Assembly (NCBI RefSeq): GCF_001194135.2
Contig: NC_068994.1
Coordinates: 27,330,551-27,394,550 of the forward strand
Length of the DNA stretch: 64,000 nt
Direction of reading: 5' to 3'
DNA from: Octopus bimaculoides
Lineage: Eukaryota
Every line of letters begins with the position of its first letter. Positions within the stretch are counted from its first letter, which is position 1. Shown piece by piece: positions 12,411-25,400 of the stretch. The notes beneath the pieces are model-generated. The model did no database searches. It worked only from the letters and a program-made list of their open reading frames with translations, and was not told the DNA's origin. A program made the translations under genes and the position numbers.

Positions 12411-14249
12411 ACACACAGAATGCTATGAAAGTTAGTTACAGCTGTACTAAAAGTATTGAGAATTTGATTTCTGGCTTCAGCAAAAGTAGTAACAGAAACT
12501 ATAACATAATAGTTTTGTATCAGTTAACCAACACTAGCGTAATTGCGGCAACATTTGTTCATATCTTCAGACTGATAAATGTCTCAGCATGAAATTCATA
12601 TATTTGTCCAAAGTGAAACTTTAAAACAAAAGAGCATACTTATTTAGCTGAACAGAACATACCTTTAAGAGCAGACATACACAGCATGTATATTCTTTTA
12701 GTCAAGTGACAAGAAACACCATTTCCCTCTTACAATATGGTGACTAAAAGACAAATGTACTACATGTTTAAAATAACGATTGTAGAATCTACCCAATTAT
12801 ATTCTGGAGGATCTGGATAGTGCTGCCTATGTAACAGTCAAATATTCTTCATCTTGATGTTTCCTATCAATATTTTTTAATTTTTTTTATTTTCTCTCAA
12901 TGTCTTATACTACAACAACAATGGCAATTTCTTCTTGCAACCAACTACTGCCACATGTGCCATACAACCTCAATATTAATATATTTCATGTTTATTCCTC
13001 TTATTTTGTCCTTACTGTACCTCCTTCCTTTACTATATGTATGGGAACAAAGATATAAGATAAATCTTTTTAAGAGGTGCTACTTGAAAATAATTTACAG
13101 ATGAAAAATATATAAACCAATGAAGAGCACTGACGCCACATGGAATGCAGTAATACAAATACATGCTTATTGAATAAATCTTATAATGCAGAAGTCAAAA
13201 TTTCTAAGGCAGAGGTCATCTCTACAAAATCTAAACTACAATAAAGGACACACACATAACATAGACATGACAGAAGAAAAATATAAGCAAATATTTTATT
13301 GTTGAATATCATCCATTATACAGATAAAAAATTTAAGCCCTACAAGAAAGGAAACAAAATGTGTTATCTGTACACAACAGAGAAGAGGAAAATCCTCAGA
13401 ATCCTACATAAGCAAAACCTCTACCCTATTTTTTTGGTATACAAGTTGATGTACTAGATAGTGTAAACATGTAGTGTAAACATTCAAACATCATGACTGT
13501 CTTTCCAAATCCCGCTATATTTCACATGAAATTTTTAGACCTCCAAAGTTGTCTTGGTGTAAAAGTTGATCTACCCTTTAAGCTGTATAATTTGATCTGA
13601 AAAATTTGACTTATGTGCTAGAAAATGCAGTATTGAAACATAAAATCAAAAGAATTTCAGTAAAGTCAGATGCTTTAAAATGCATTTGTTATTAAACTAG
13701 GGAACACTACCATCACTGAACAGAAATCACAAAAATACACTGGGATTTGAAATTGCATGTTGTTATCTCTTCCTCTTCTATCTTTTTTCTTTACATCGTT
13801 TTTTCTTTCCTGCACTCACCTCCCCCTTTCCTTATGACTATCATGCTCATTCACATTGATGATGTATACTCCTGAATTTTATGTAACACACTTGTCCTTC
13901 CTCAATTTTCAGCATAAATGTATATAATTTTCCAGCATTTCCAAAGTGGTCAAAGAGAATAACCCACATCTATTATCTCAGAGTTATTCATCTTAAAAGA
14001 AGCATAAGTGTTTCTACACATTTTTTTCCACATCTCTAAATACATGAAAATATACGATCTGAATGAGTGCTTAGTTTGAAATTTTAGCAGCTTTTCTATT
14101 TTACTTGCATTGCTTTAATAGTTACATTATTCTAAATTTTTGTATCAAGTGGTATGTGTGTGTATACATTTAAACACATGCACATGTGTATTGAAAAGGA
14201 GTGGATAGGTATTCCATATGGTGTACTCAGTGTAAACTATGGGCACAAG

Positions 14250-15215
14250 CACTTTAGGTGGAAATACAGATGGGTTGAGACAGATAAGACTGACTTTATG
14301 TGGTTGATGTACAAGAAAAGTTAGCTGTTACAGAACATGTAAAACAAATTCCTTCAAATGCTTAGAGAATTTTGTAGAAGTACTGAATAGCTTTTGTTGT
14401 CTAAGTGACCTTAATTAGCAGTGGCACTAGATTGACCAAAAGCATGGTTACCAGAGGGAAAAATCTAAGGAGTTACCACCTCCGCTGGTAACAAATGTTT
14501 TCCTCTCTCTGAATGAAAAACAAATAGTATGATTGCTTGCCTACAAAGTGTCATGTTATCAGTGGCTTGGTAACATGGGATACAAGTTCATCCCCTATAA
14601 CTGTAATGAAGATGCTTTGAACATCCACCAGAAAAACTTCGTTGCCAAAATGAATAAGTGTAGAAGCATTTTTGGACTGATTTGAAACATTACTTTTTCA
14701 TTATTGGATTTATCCGATTTAATTGATGTGCAAATGTAATAATAATAATTTTGGACTTGGGTTTTCACCCCCTAAGCAAATTTCTTTTCTACACAGGATT
14801 GTTTTTTGACAGCAAGACATGGGTCTTGATTCTGGAAAATGCATGAAGACTGGACAGAAATGAGGTAAACATGCTAAGATGGATGTGTTGATAGCAAAGC
14901 ACAAATGAGCCAAGAGAAAAAACTGGATATAAGAGAAATCAAATGCTGTGTTTAAGAGAGAAGTTTGGGCAGATGATGCGCATGGCAGGTGTCACTTGTG
15001 TGAGGATGTACCAGGCACTCCAAATGGACAAACCCTATGAAAGAGTGAGCCTATGGAAGAAAATGAGACTAAGAGGTGAAGACATATCTCAAGAGACTGA
15101 ATTTCGCAAAAGAGAAAATTATAGTACTTTAATTTGTGGCAGAACACTGTGCTGGGAAAGAATAATCAAAGCCACTTGTAGAAAACTAGAAAATGATGAT
15201 GATTACAACGTTTGG
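14250..15215 (+). pseudogene. Old RTE LINE C-terminal relic
   Basis: Degenerate VEVLNSFCCLSDL, EKLDIREIKCC and MRMAG segments; ends in a gatgatgat tail. Confidence 0.6.
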
Positions 15216-16479
15216 GATGTTTGATATCTTGTTCCATATTTGCTTCAAGTACCCTATCTCTTCCCCAAGTACCCTATCTCTTCCCCATCTCAATATTTAT
15301 GTAATGTTGACAATGCAATGGATTTGTTGGGATTCAATCCCACCACTACCAATCTCTGTTGCTATCCAATCTATAGTTTAGTGTTTCACCTCCAGTAATA
15401 TCTATGTCTCTCATTCTTTCTCTTTTCCATTACCTTTTCTTCTCTCACACAGTCTCTTTTTGAATTATTTCTTATATCACCCTTGTCCTCTTCTATCACA
15501 TATGTACACACATACACATACATAAAAACATTTTGATTGTTATGGTTAGTCTAATATATGGACATGTGTAATTACTGCTCATATGAAAGCAACATACTAA
15601 ATATTTGAAAAGTTGAGTGTGGTAAAATTACATACAGATATTTCTACGTAAGTGTTTTAAACATATATATTGTAGCATATCATCTTAACATATTTATGTA
15701 AACTCAGTGCTGTAATGATCCACACATAAAGAAATAAGCCAAGTAACATTTCAATACAGTTTACAAAAAAGACAAACACCACCCAATATGTATATTTGAA
15801 TACAATTGTAAAATCAAAAACAACTTTAAATTTAATTCAGACAAAACTTTGTCAAAACTTTTAAAGATAATCCTTATCTATTTTTAAAAACAAATACAAA
15901 TATCAGCGAATTAGCAAAATCATCATGGCTAAATGTATGTTTCCTTTGACCAAATCATGACTACTATCACTGTATACAATGAAGCTACAATCTTAACAAA
16001 GATTTATATACAATCTAACCTTAAAGTTCAGGTTTTATACAAAGGCTAAAACATAGGTGGAAGTGCAAAGACCCAGAATTTGAATTTTTCCCTAAAACAT
16101 TTAAATGAACAAAATGTATTTTAGATGTAAATTGATAAATCTAACAGAAATGTTTGATTAAAAACAGGCTTGCACTATAAAGCCAGCCATTGAAGATAAT
16201 GTTCCCACTGCCATTGATGGACAGACAGAACAATCAACTAAATCTATCAGTAAACAAACACACCAGCAGTTTAGCTGAAATCCATACCCTATACTGTACA
16301 CACAGAAGAATGCCAAAACCTTCTGGAGTGATTTGGGATGATATGCTTCAACAGGTTCACAACCTTAACTTGAATGACAGGCCATACAATATCAGTATAA
16401 TTAATAACCCAGTAAATTAGAATCAGAGGCAGTAAATGAAATAGCAAATAAATATCTGAAAACCACAGTCTAGGGGTAT

Positions 16480-17850
16480 GAAAACTAACTACAAAACCCT
16501 TAATCTTTTTATCTATGTCTCAGTTATTACATTACTAGTGTGTCACAAAGACTGAAGCCATGCAATCAAAATTCAAGCAAAAAGCCTGAACCAGTATGGG
16601 CACATTACTTGAAAGATAAAATTTTATTCCTACAAAAAAGTATCTCACAGATTGTTGTAGTTATGAACTGTAAAACAGAGAGCAACTTCACATGACCTCA
16701 GAAGAAACTAGAGAGATGATTTAGTGATACAGGATTCAAAAACCAAAACTCCAAACTGCATCAGCTGAAACAACAACTCATAGCTGCTGCTGAAAAACTA
16801 AATGGCAAATACTCAATAATTTATTTGCCAGGGATCTCAAGTCAGTTTATTGCAGCTTCAATGCACAAGGCTAAATCTCTAAAAGACACTCCTACAAAAG
16901 ATCAGGCTACTGGAGATCTGTATGGTTAACAAATAATGAGTTCAACAAAAATGCTGTATGGCTAAAAGAACTGGAGCAGATCTACTGCAAGCATGTCCAA
17001 CAGAAGCATTATGAAATAAACAGTGAAATATTGGAAACAATTGTACAGAAAATGTCAAACAGGAAATCTCCAGGTTCAGATTTCATAACAAGCTTCTGGC
17101 TGAAGAATTTCATCTTTTATGGTTGTATGGAGAAAGTATCAAGGGCACAGAAGAACTTCCCCAATGATTATCAACTAAAACTACTCTCTTCATCCCCAAG
17201 AATAGCCAAACGACCCTTGCTAAAAATTACTCTCCAATAACCTGCCAGAACATCATGTACAAATTATACACTAGGTGCCTCAATCTATTCTTGCAGGATC
17301 ATTGTGCTGCTGTCAACATTATAACACATGAGAAAGTTGGAGGAATGAAGGAGGTGTGGGGCTCTATACAGCAGCTGCTAATTAATAAAATGATGCAGGA
17401 AAAAACAGTAAAAAATTGTAGAAATTTAACCATAATGTGGCTGAACTATCAGAAGGCTTTTGATAGTATAACATGTGGTTGGATTATCAGGGATTAGCCA
17501 AAATCCTACAACCACTGATGAGTGCTGTTGAACTCCTGACCAAGACTTGGTACAACACTTTGCTCCTTAAGAGTGATGAGGAGCAAATTAAGTCTAATAG
17601 CACTCATTAGCAAAAAGGCATCTTTCAGAGTGACAGCCTGTTGGTGTTGCTCTTCGTTCTCTCATTAAACCCATTGCCATACCTACTCACAAAATATAGT
17701 GGCCATAGAAATGGACCCAGAAGTATCTCTCATTTTTTTCTTTTTTGATGACCTGAAACTGTATGGGCCAAATATCAACCACATAAAAATGCATTTGGAC
17801 CTCATTACCCAATTTTCTACAGATATTGGAATGAAATTACTGTAAATTAA
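16480..17850 (+). pseudogene. R4/Dong-like non-LTR retrotransposon RT relic
   Basis: KSPGSDFITSFWLK, NIMYKLYT, QQLLINKMM, IMWLNYQKAFDSI, KGIFQSDSL and FDDLKLYG motifs, broken by stops and frameshifts. Confidence 0.8.
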
Positions 17851-18210
17851 AAATAGAAAGAGAAAAAGAAGAAACTACATACATTATAAATTCACATTAT
17901 AAATTCACATTAATACCAATAATAATTGATGCACTTGGTTTTGTGAGTAAATGCCTAAGTGACAATCTGGACAAGCTAGGACTAACTTGCACATTAGAAA
18001 TACAATCTCTCAGTGGAATAATAAAAATATGCAAGATCCTTCTCAAGTTTAAAATGTGAATTTCTTTTTGTTATCTACATTCCAATGACTGAGCTTTGTA
18101 TCTTTGTTAGAAACCAGCTCCTTCTGCAGAGGAAGAATTTAAATAATTAAAAAATAGAAGAGGACATAGATATACAGACAAACATACAATCACACAAGCA
18201 TATGCATGCA

Positions 18211-18263
<53 letters not shown>

Positions 18264-18479
18264 TGAGGGAACTTCATCAATAATGTCTAACTCTTTTGTG
18301 AGATTTGTAGATCAAAGCTACTTGCTTAGGTCTTATTGACTATAGGTATTATACAATGCTGAGGAAACTGATGATAGTTCTGGTGTTGTGAATTTAATTC
18401 TAACCTTTTCTCTTTTTCTTCCTGCTGCATCATCTAATTTGACTTAGCCATATTTACTTCTTTCTAAATGGTTCTCCAC

Positions 18480-19610
18480 CATTATTTGCAATCAGTTTTT
18501 ATCTTCTTCCATACAGACACAATCAGGTCACCTACTTCACTGAAATTTTCTTTGATAATATACTTATAATGGAGTTTCTGGCAGCCTTCTTCAGTGGTTT
18601 CTGCATTTCAGTCCACTGTAGAGTACAACCTTGGGGATCATACTGTTCTCCATATGACCACACATCCCACTCAGTGCCAGTATCATTCCATTAGGATAGA
18701 CTTAATATTAGGCATATTTGCACACTGCAAGACCTCCTCATGGGAGATTTGATTTCACCGAGAAATCTTCATTATAGATCATAGCCAGTGCAACTGTCAG
18801 ATAAGTAGCATTCTTAAATGCTAACACTGTATTAGGTAGATCTCAGGAGACTGGATAGAAGTACTGTTCAATAAACTTTGTATTTCGTTGAAAGTTTAAA
18901 GCCACATTTTTCCCACAACAAAACATTGAACATCTCAAAAGTGATCACAGATGACTATATGTAATGCATCTTGGTTATTATTGTCAGAAATTATGCTATC
19001 TAAATACTTAGACATTTTCACCTTACTTAGAGGCTGGTTTACTGTCCTGATATCGAGGTTCATGTTTCAGCATGCCAGGTTTAGGTTGATACAAAATTTC
19101 AGTCTTCTTAATATTTATTGACAAACCAAAAATTGATGTTGTACATTCAAAATAGTGTGTAATTTTTTGGGTATTGTCTAGAAAATAAGCCACTAGGATC
19201 GAGTCATCAGTGAAAAAACGTTTACAGATACACATATCACAGCACTTCCTGGTGGCGCTTAGTCTAGAATGTTCAACACTTTACAGTCCATTCTTGTGCA
19301 GATATGCACATCACCTATTTTCAAGTACAGAACCCAGAGGTAGTGCAGATGGTGGTGTGATTGAAAAAAGTACCAATCTATGACTCCAAGGAAAGAGATC
19401 ATGAGAGATATGTTATAAAATTGCTTGGCAGTCTCCCAAAATTTGTCCAGGCATCCACATTTTGCAAGCAGGGTCCATAAGTTCACTCTACCCACACTCT
19501 CAATAGCATTCATAAAGTCAATGAATATGATAAATGAAATACATTGTGCTATAGAATTCTCTTGGACTTGATGTAGAGTAAAAATCATATCTCGAATGTT
19601 GCTTCACATA
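18480..19610 (-). pseudogene. RTE/BovB-like LINE RT relic
   Basis: MIFTLHQVQE..FIDFMNAIESVGR.NLW; FTDDSILVA..FGLSINIKKTEILYQP. Confidence 0.75.
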
Positions 19611-19772
19611 TAAACTCCACACTGACTTTCACAGTGAATTCACTCAGTTATTATTTTTTTTTATCAAACTAGTCTGTATGCTTGTATTTCAGAAAGCTGA
19701 GTGAGGCAGTGACTGTTTTGTAGATTGTCTCAAGCAAGTGTGCTTGATATGTATGTGTGTGTATTATATGTA

Positions 19773-21006
19773 TTGGGTCATTCTATAAATAATGCAGTTC
19801 TTTTATACTTCTTTTATTTTTCAAAATTAAGATAAACAAAGTTCTTTTTTAATCTAAAATATACTCTTCTTCATTTTTTACAATGCTCTTCCATCTATCT
19901 GGTAGACTCACAAGGTCCCTCTCCCAAAATTCCCTTGGCCATGACAAAAAATACTCCTCCAGTACTATTCTGACCTTGTCTACAGAATTCATATTTTTTC
20001 CGTCCAAATGGACACTGCAGAGTAAATGATAATCAGATGGGGCAATGTCCAGCAAATATGATGGGTGGGGCATTGTCTCCCATTCAAACTGCTCCAGCCT
20101 TTGGAATGTCAACTTTACTGTATGTGGCTGAGCATTATCCTGATGGAGTAACACCTTTTGTCTTGAAACAAAGACGGTCATTTTTCTTCTAGTGCTGACT
20201 TTAGCCACTCAAGCTGCTCACATTTGATCTCCTTTCTTATCGTTTGTTTTAGATTTAAAAGTTCAGAGTCAACTAAACCATTCATATCCCATCGAATAGA
20301 TAACAACACCTTACATGTTTGAAAACTGTCTTTAGCCTGGGGTGCCAGTGTTTCTCCTTTCCCTACCCACTGTCTTTAGTGCTTGATATTTTTATAAAGA
20401 AGCCATTTCTCAACACCAGTCACTATTCAGTCCAAAACAAGGTTCATTTGTGAGATGTAAGAGCAAAGAACACACGTTCACTCTCTGCTTGCAATTAGAC
20501 TTGATAAGAACCAATCAACTCAATTTGCTGACTTTTCCGATGGCATGCAGGTGTCGATGAATGACCAAATCCAAGCTTCTCTGCTAGTTCCTCAATAGTT
20601 ATGATGGGATTTTGTTCACCAGTGTTTGCAGGACATCCCCGTCAAGCTCTACAGATCTTCCAGGACAAGGCTTGTCTTCTAGGCTGTAGTTTCTGGCTCA
20701 GAATTTTTGGCTTATGCTTATTGTCCGATCCCCAGTTACTGCATTAATATTCCTTTCACTTTCCTTTGCGTTGTTGCCTTTATTGAACTCATAAAGCAAA
20801 ATATGCTCCTTTGTCACTTCCATTATAGCTTTGAAAAAAGAACTGTTAAAATTGAACTGCATTCTTCGAAACTTGCACTAAGAATAAGGACAGGGTAAAA
20901 TTATTACCTGTTTTTATATCAAGTTGATGCAGGTAGTTTATCCCATCCCCCTCCGACTTTTAGTTCATGCAATTGAAAAAACTGCATTATTTATGGAATG
21001 ATCCAA
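19773..21006 (-). mobile_element. Near full-length mariner transposon (about 1.23 kb) with disrupted transposase
   Basis: TIRs ttgggtcattctataaataatgcag and ctgcattatttatggaatgatccaa, each flanked by TA. ATG at 20823 begins MEVTKEHI..LYEFNKG. Later motifs: EQNPIITIEELAEKL, KVLLSIRWD, HQDNAQPH, HPSYLLDIAPSDYHL. Confidence 0.9.
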
Positions 21007-21070
21007 TATATAAATGTATGTGCATTTATGTGTGTGTATATACATACATACATATGTATATATGTATGTA

Positions 21071-21078
<8 letters not shown>

Positions 21079-21165
<87 letters not shown>
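21079..21165. repeat. (TA)n microsatellite
   Basis: Perfect TA run; many similar TA, CA, TACA and CT tracts occur throughout the window. Confidence 0.95.
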
Positions 21166-21167
<2 letters not shown>

Positions 21168-24132
21168 AAGTACACATACAAAGATATACATATAAATAAA
21201 TATGCACACACTCAAAATTTACTAGTCTTAAGTGAACAATAATGGAGATAATAGTGTCACACTGGAGGATTGTCCACAACATTCTCTTGAATCTGTTGAT
21301 TGCTACTGTCTAGTTTCTTTCTGAAGATAAATCATCATAGTTCCCACAAGAGGTATCTTTTACTTCACTGCCATTAGCAGAATATATGATCAACAAGAAT
21401 TGCAAGATCTAATACTGGCTCACAACCTAGAGGTATACATCAATAATGAACATTTCAAAGTTCTTTTCATCTTCTGCATCAATAAAGAAAAACCCAAATG
21501 TATTTGGAGCCGACATTAAAAAAATCACAGTATAAATAACAGCAAGCTAACAGGGAATGAGTGAACATGTTGACATTGGTTGTAAAACTTACTATATTTT
21601 ATGATTGCTATTTTATGAAGTGAGTTGGCAAATGTCAAAGTTTATATCACTTGATGGAGAATTGCTGAGAAACTGTTTTTGTTGTAGCTGCTCCTGGTCT
21701 GTTGGTGAATACAGAAAATTATAAAATAGACATGATTAAGTGCATAAACTGTGATATGAGATAACTTTCTTGATACTACCTACCTTTCAAGCCATGACAG
21801 TGTTGTTTGAATGTCTGGTGTATAAAAAGGGAATAGCTGAAACTGTGACACTTCAAATCAGGATGTTATATATAACATGTAAAGCTGGGAAATTCCCAGT
21901 TGATCCAAAATAACATTGCAATCTTTTCCATCAATATGAGTAACAATAGTATAAAAAAAAAAATGTTGCTTTCTCCAAAGTAAGGAAGACTATTAACAAT
22001 TTTTGACACTTTCCATGATTAAAGCTGCAATCAGTTTTTCTATTCAACAATCAGTTTTTCTACTTGAATTTGATAAAATCGGTTGTTGGAATACACTTAA
22101 CTGTGAAGAGACAATAAATACTTTTGTGTTATATTGGGTAAACACAAACTTTCACCCTACATGTTGACCAAAAGGAACCTTTCCATAGTTACTTGACCTT
22201 CTAGAAATAATAACCAACTCTTCCACAAATTAGAATCTACAATTTTAAAAATGAAGTTTATATTTGATATTGTAGTCATACTTGTGTTAGTGGTCATCAC
22301 TGAAATGTCTTTGAGCATAGATTTGTTCAATCAGGGTTACCTGGGGTTAAACAATAACACCAACCAAATAGTCTTGAACCAATGAAGGAGACTGTATTTG
22401 GTCTCTTGGCCTGCAAGAAAAAGCAGCCACATAACACCTCAAATTGCATCCTTCAACATAAAGAGTATGTTTTGTCTTTGGTCCAAATACATTGTTGCAG
22501 CAAATAAACAGACAGAGTGGTACCAGTTGTAAATCTACTGGACCAAGCTTGATCATGGTTCCTGTTGGATCAGAACTTATCGTGAGTCTACCAGATCAGA
22601 GATGACCACAGGTCTGCTTGACTAGAGTTGATAATGGGCCTGCTGGATTAAGCAACTAAATTGTATACAATTTTTTTAAAAAAAGCATATGCAAACAGTC
22701 TTATATGCACAACCAAATAAAAATAGAACCAGATATCATATGGTTTTATCCACCATTTCACTTAGCCATAGTTAACCCAATAACTTGACATTTCTTCCAT
22801 CTCTTTAGAAAACACTTTCATTCACAACATAGACATTATAAAATATTTAACAAGAAAATCATAAAAATATCATTTTTATTAACATGAGCAGTTTCTCTTT
22901 AGACTATAAATGCCTTTATAAGGATATAGTTTATCAATGTAATAGTATCTTTAATAGTTGAATAAATAGCTAGTCAAGCTCTGCTTTGACACCTTTTAAA
23001 CTGAACCACAAAAGTCATACTCACACTTTCAGGAACCTCAATGGGAAAATGAAACATTACTCATGAAATTTATTTGGATGTTAAATGAGAATATCAATTA
23101 GACACTCAGATGGAAAATTGTCTCTAGAATTAAGTTCTCTGCTGGCAATAAGAGACGATGCCATTTATAATATACAGAAAACATAACCATCTAATTTGCC
23201 AAAGTTAATTTACTAAATAAGCTGAATGGAAAGATTTCATTCTTTAAACATAGAGCATCAAAATCCTACCTCAAACACAACTGAAATTTTAATTACTAAC
23301 CTTTATAACAGGAACATTCTGATATCTTCTATTCTTACCCCACCCCATTATTACTTCTCATTTATATATATATATATAGTATATATAAATTGCAGTATGT
23401 GTGTGTATAATGACTAACACATACATTTCCACAGTTCTCAATCGATTTTCTCTAAACTTTTCACATACATCACTTATGTCCCAAGGATGGTCATGCACTA
23501 TAACATTTTGCCCAGAGCTCCCGCATAAATAGATGTAAATGGACATAGTTTTTTTCTATGTAGGGTCTTCCATACTTTTTAATCTTTTTATAAAAGTGAT
23601 AGGACTTTGTCTATTTATTTATTTCAACTGTCCACCTGTGTGGTGACGCAGTCAGGAAACAAGATTTGGAAGCTGTCATTTTGTTTTCATGTAAATAAAT
23701 GTTTATGTTAATTTAAAAGATTTATCCAAAAAAATTTATTTAGCTATTATTTTTAGCACAACATGTGTTATGTCTCCGGTAATTTTCTTTCATGTAAATA
23801 TGTGTTTGTTAATTTAAAAGATTTATCCAAATTCGTTGTATGTATATAGTTTTTTGTATGTAGGGTCATCCATATATATTTAATCTATATTGTTGTATAT
23901 TGGCGTTAGAGAATATTTTTTAGTGGTTATCACATTTTTTTATTTATAATGTCTGTTGTAATTCTGTATTATTACTTTCTCTATTTTTTTATATGTATAT
24001 TGGTATGTATAATTTGACTTTACGCGTAGGCTATGTGGGAAGACAGAATAAAGGGACTTTTGTTAGCTTGTAATAGAATCAATAATTACTTGGTACACTA
24101 AAACTCATTTTCCTTTTCTAGATAATACAGGC

Positions 24133-25400
24133 ATGCCACCTAAAAAGAGAACACAGATTGGCAGAAAGTATTCTGCAGCAGCAGTGCTGGCAGGCTATCG
24201 AAAATGAGGACCAGGGGTCCTGTAGGCTATTGTAAAAAGCTGCCACTGCGAGAGCTGCAACTACTCCAGAGCAGCATGAAACCTATTGAGTGCATGCTGC
24301 TGCCACAAGGGCCGAAAAAGCCCCAGAAAAGAGTGATTTCCATTGGGCACGCAACACTGCATCCACTTCTGCTGTGAGATTGGCAGATGAGGATAACCAT
24401 CAGATGATGAGACTTCAGTCTAATATTCACCGTAAGGCCATTGCCCATGGCTACTGGAAGTCACCGAGTAGTCAATAGGTATCAAAGGCACTCAACATCC
24501 TGCTGAGGATTACGCCACTCATTGAGAGACTGTTGTGGGGGATATGTCTGTAATATGTCCATTTTGCAAGGCCTTCAAGTGGGTTGGGGAATCCAGTGGC
24601 CTATGCTACTCAAACGGAAAGGTTTGTTTGCCTGATCTGCAAAACACTCCTCAACCTTTGCTCTCTTTACTCCTTGGTCAACACCCTGATTCATAGCAAT
24701 TTATACAGAAAATTCGTGTTTATAACTCTACCTTCCAGATGACAAGTTTCAGTCGCAAACCCATTCATGAAGACTCCTATATGCCAATGTTCAAAATTCA
24801 GGGCCAATCCTATCATCGGATAGGTTCTATTCTTCCTGTCAACAATGCTGAACACTGATTCCTTCATATTTACTTCATGGGAGATACCACTGAGCAAACA
24901 GCTTGCTGGGGTCAGGTGGCACCTGGAACAAAAATGCCCCTTTTGAATGAACTTCAGGAAATGCTCCACACCACCAACCGATATGTGAGGGACTTCAAAA
25001 CTGTTATACAATGCCGACATACAGACAAGCCCAACTTCAAAGTTATCATAAGGAGTGACCGAATGCCTAACAAAGAGCACTAAGGATGCTTTAACCAGCC
25101 CCAAAATGATGAAATTGCAGTTCTGCTCTGCCGTCCCAATGAATCCATCAACTACATGGCTACCTCCTTCACCAATACATCAACATGCTTTTTCATGTCA
25201 ACTTTTTAGCAACTGTTTTGACACACTGACATGGGATGGTCCACAAGAGTTTACATCCTCATGGTGTGGACTGGGCAACATTCTGACTTTGGTCTGAATG
25301 GCTAAAAACTCCAATACAATGCAATCCTTTTCCAATCTCCGTTGTGCGTTACCGGTAAACATGATCCTTTTCAATCCTTCATGATAGCTCATTAGTGACT
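24133..25400 (+). pseudogene. Helitron Rep N-terminal relic
   Basis: DMSVICPFCKAFKW.GE..GLCYSNGKVCLP; KIRVYNSTFQMTSF; MPMFKIQGQSYHRIGSILP; FLHIYF; LQEMLHTTNRYVRDFK; frameshifted. Confidence 0.85.
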
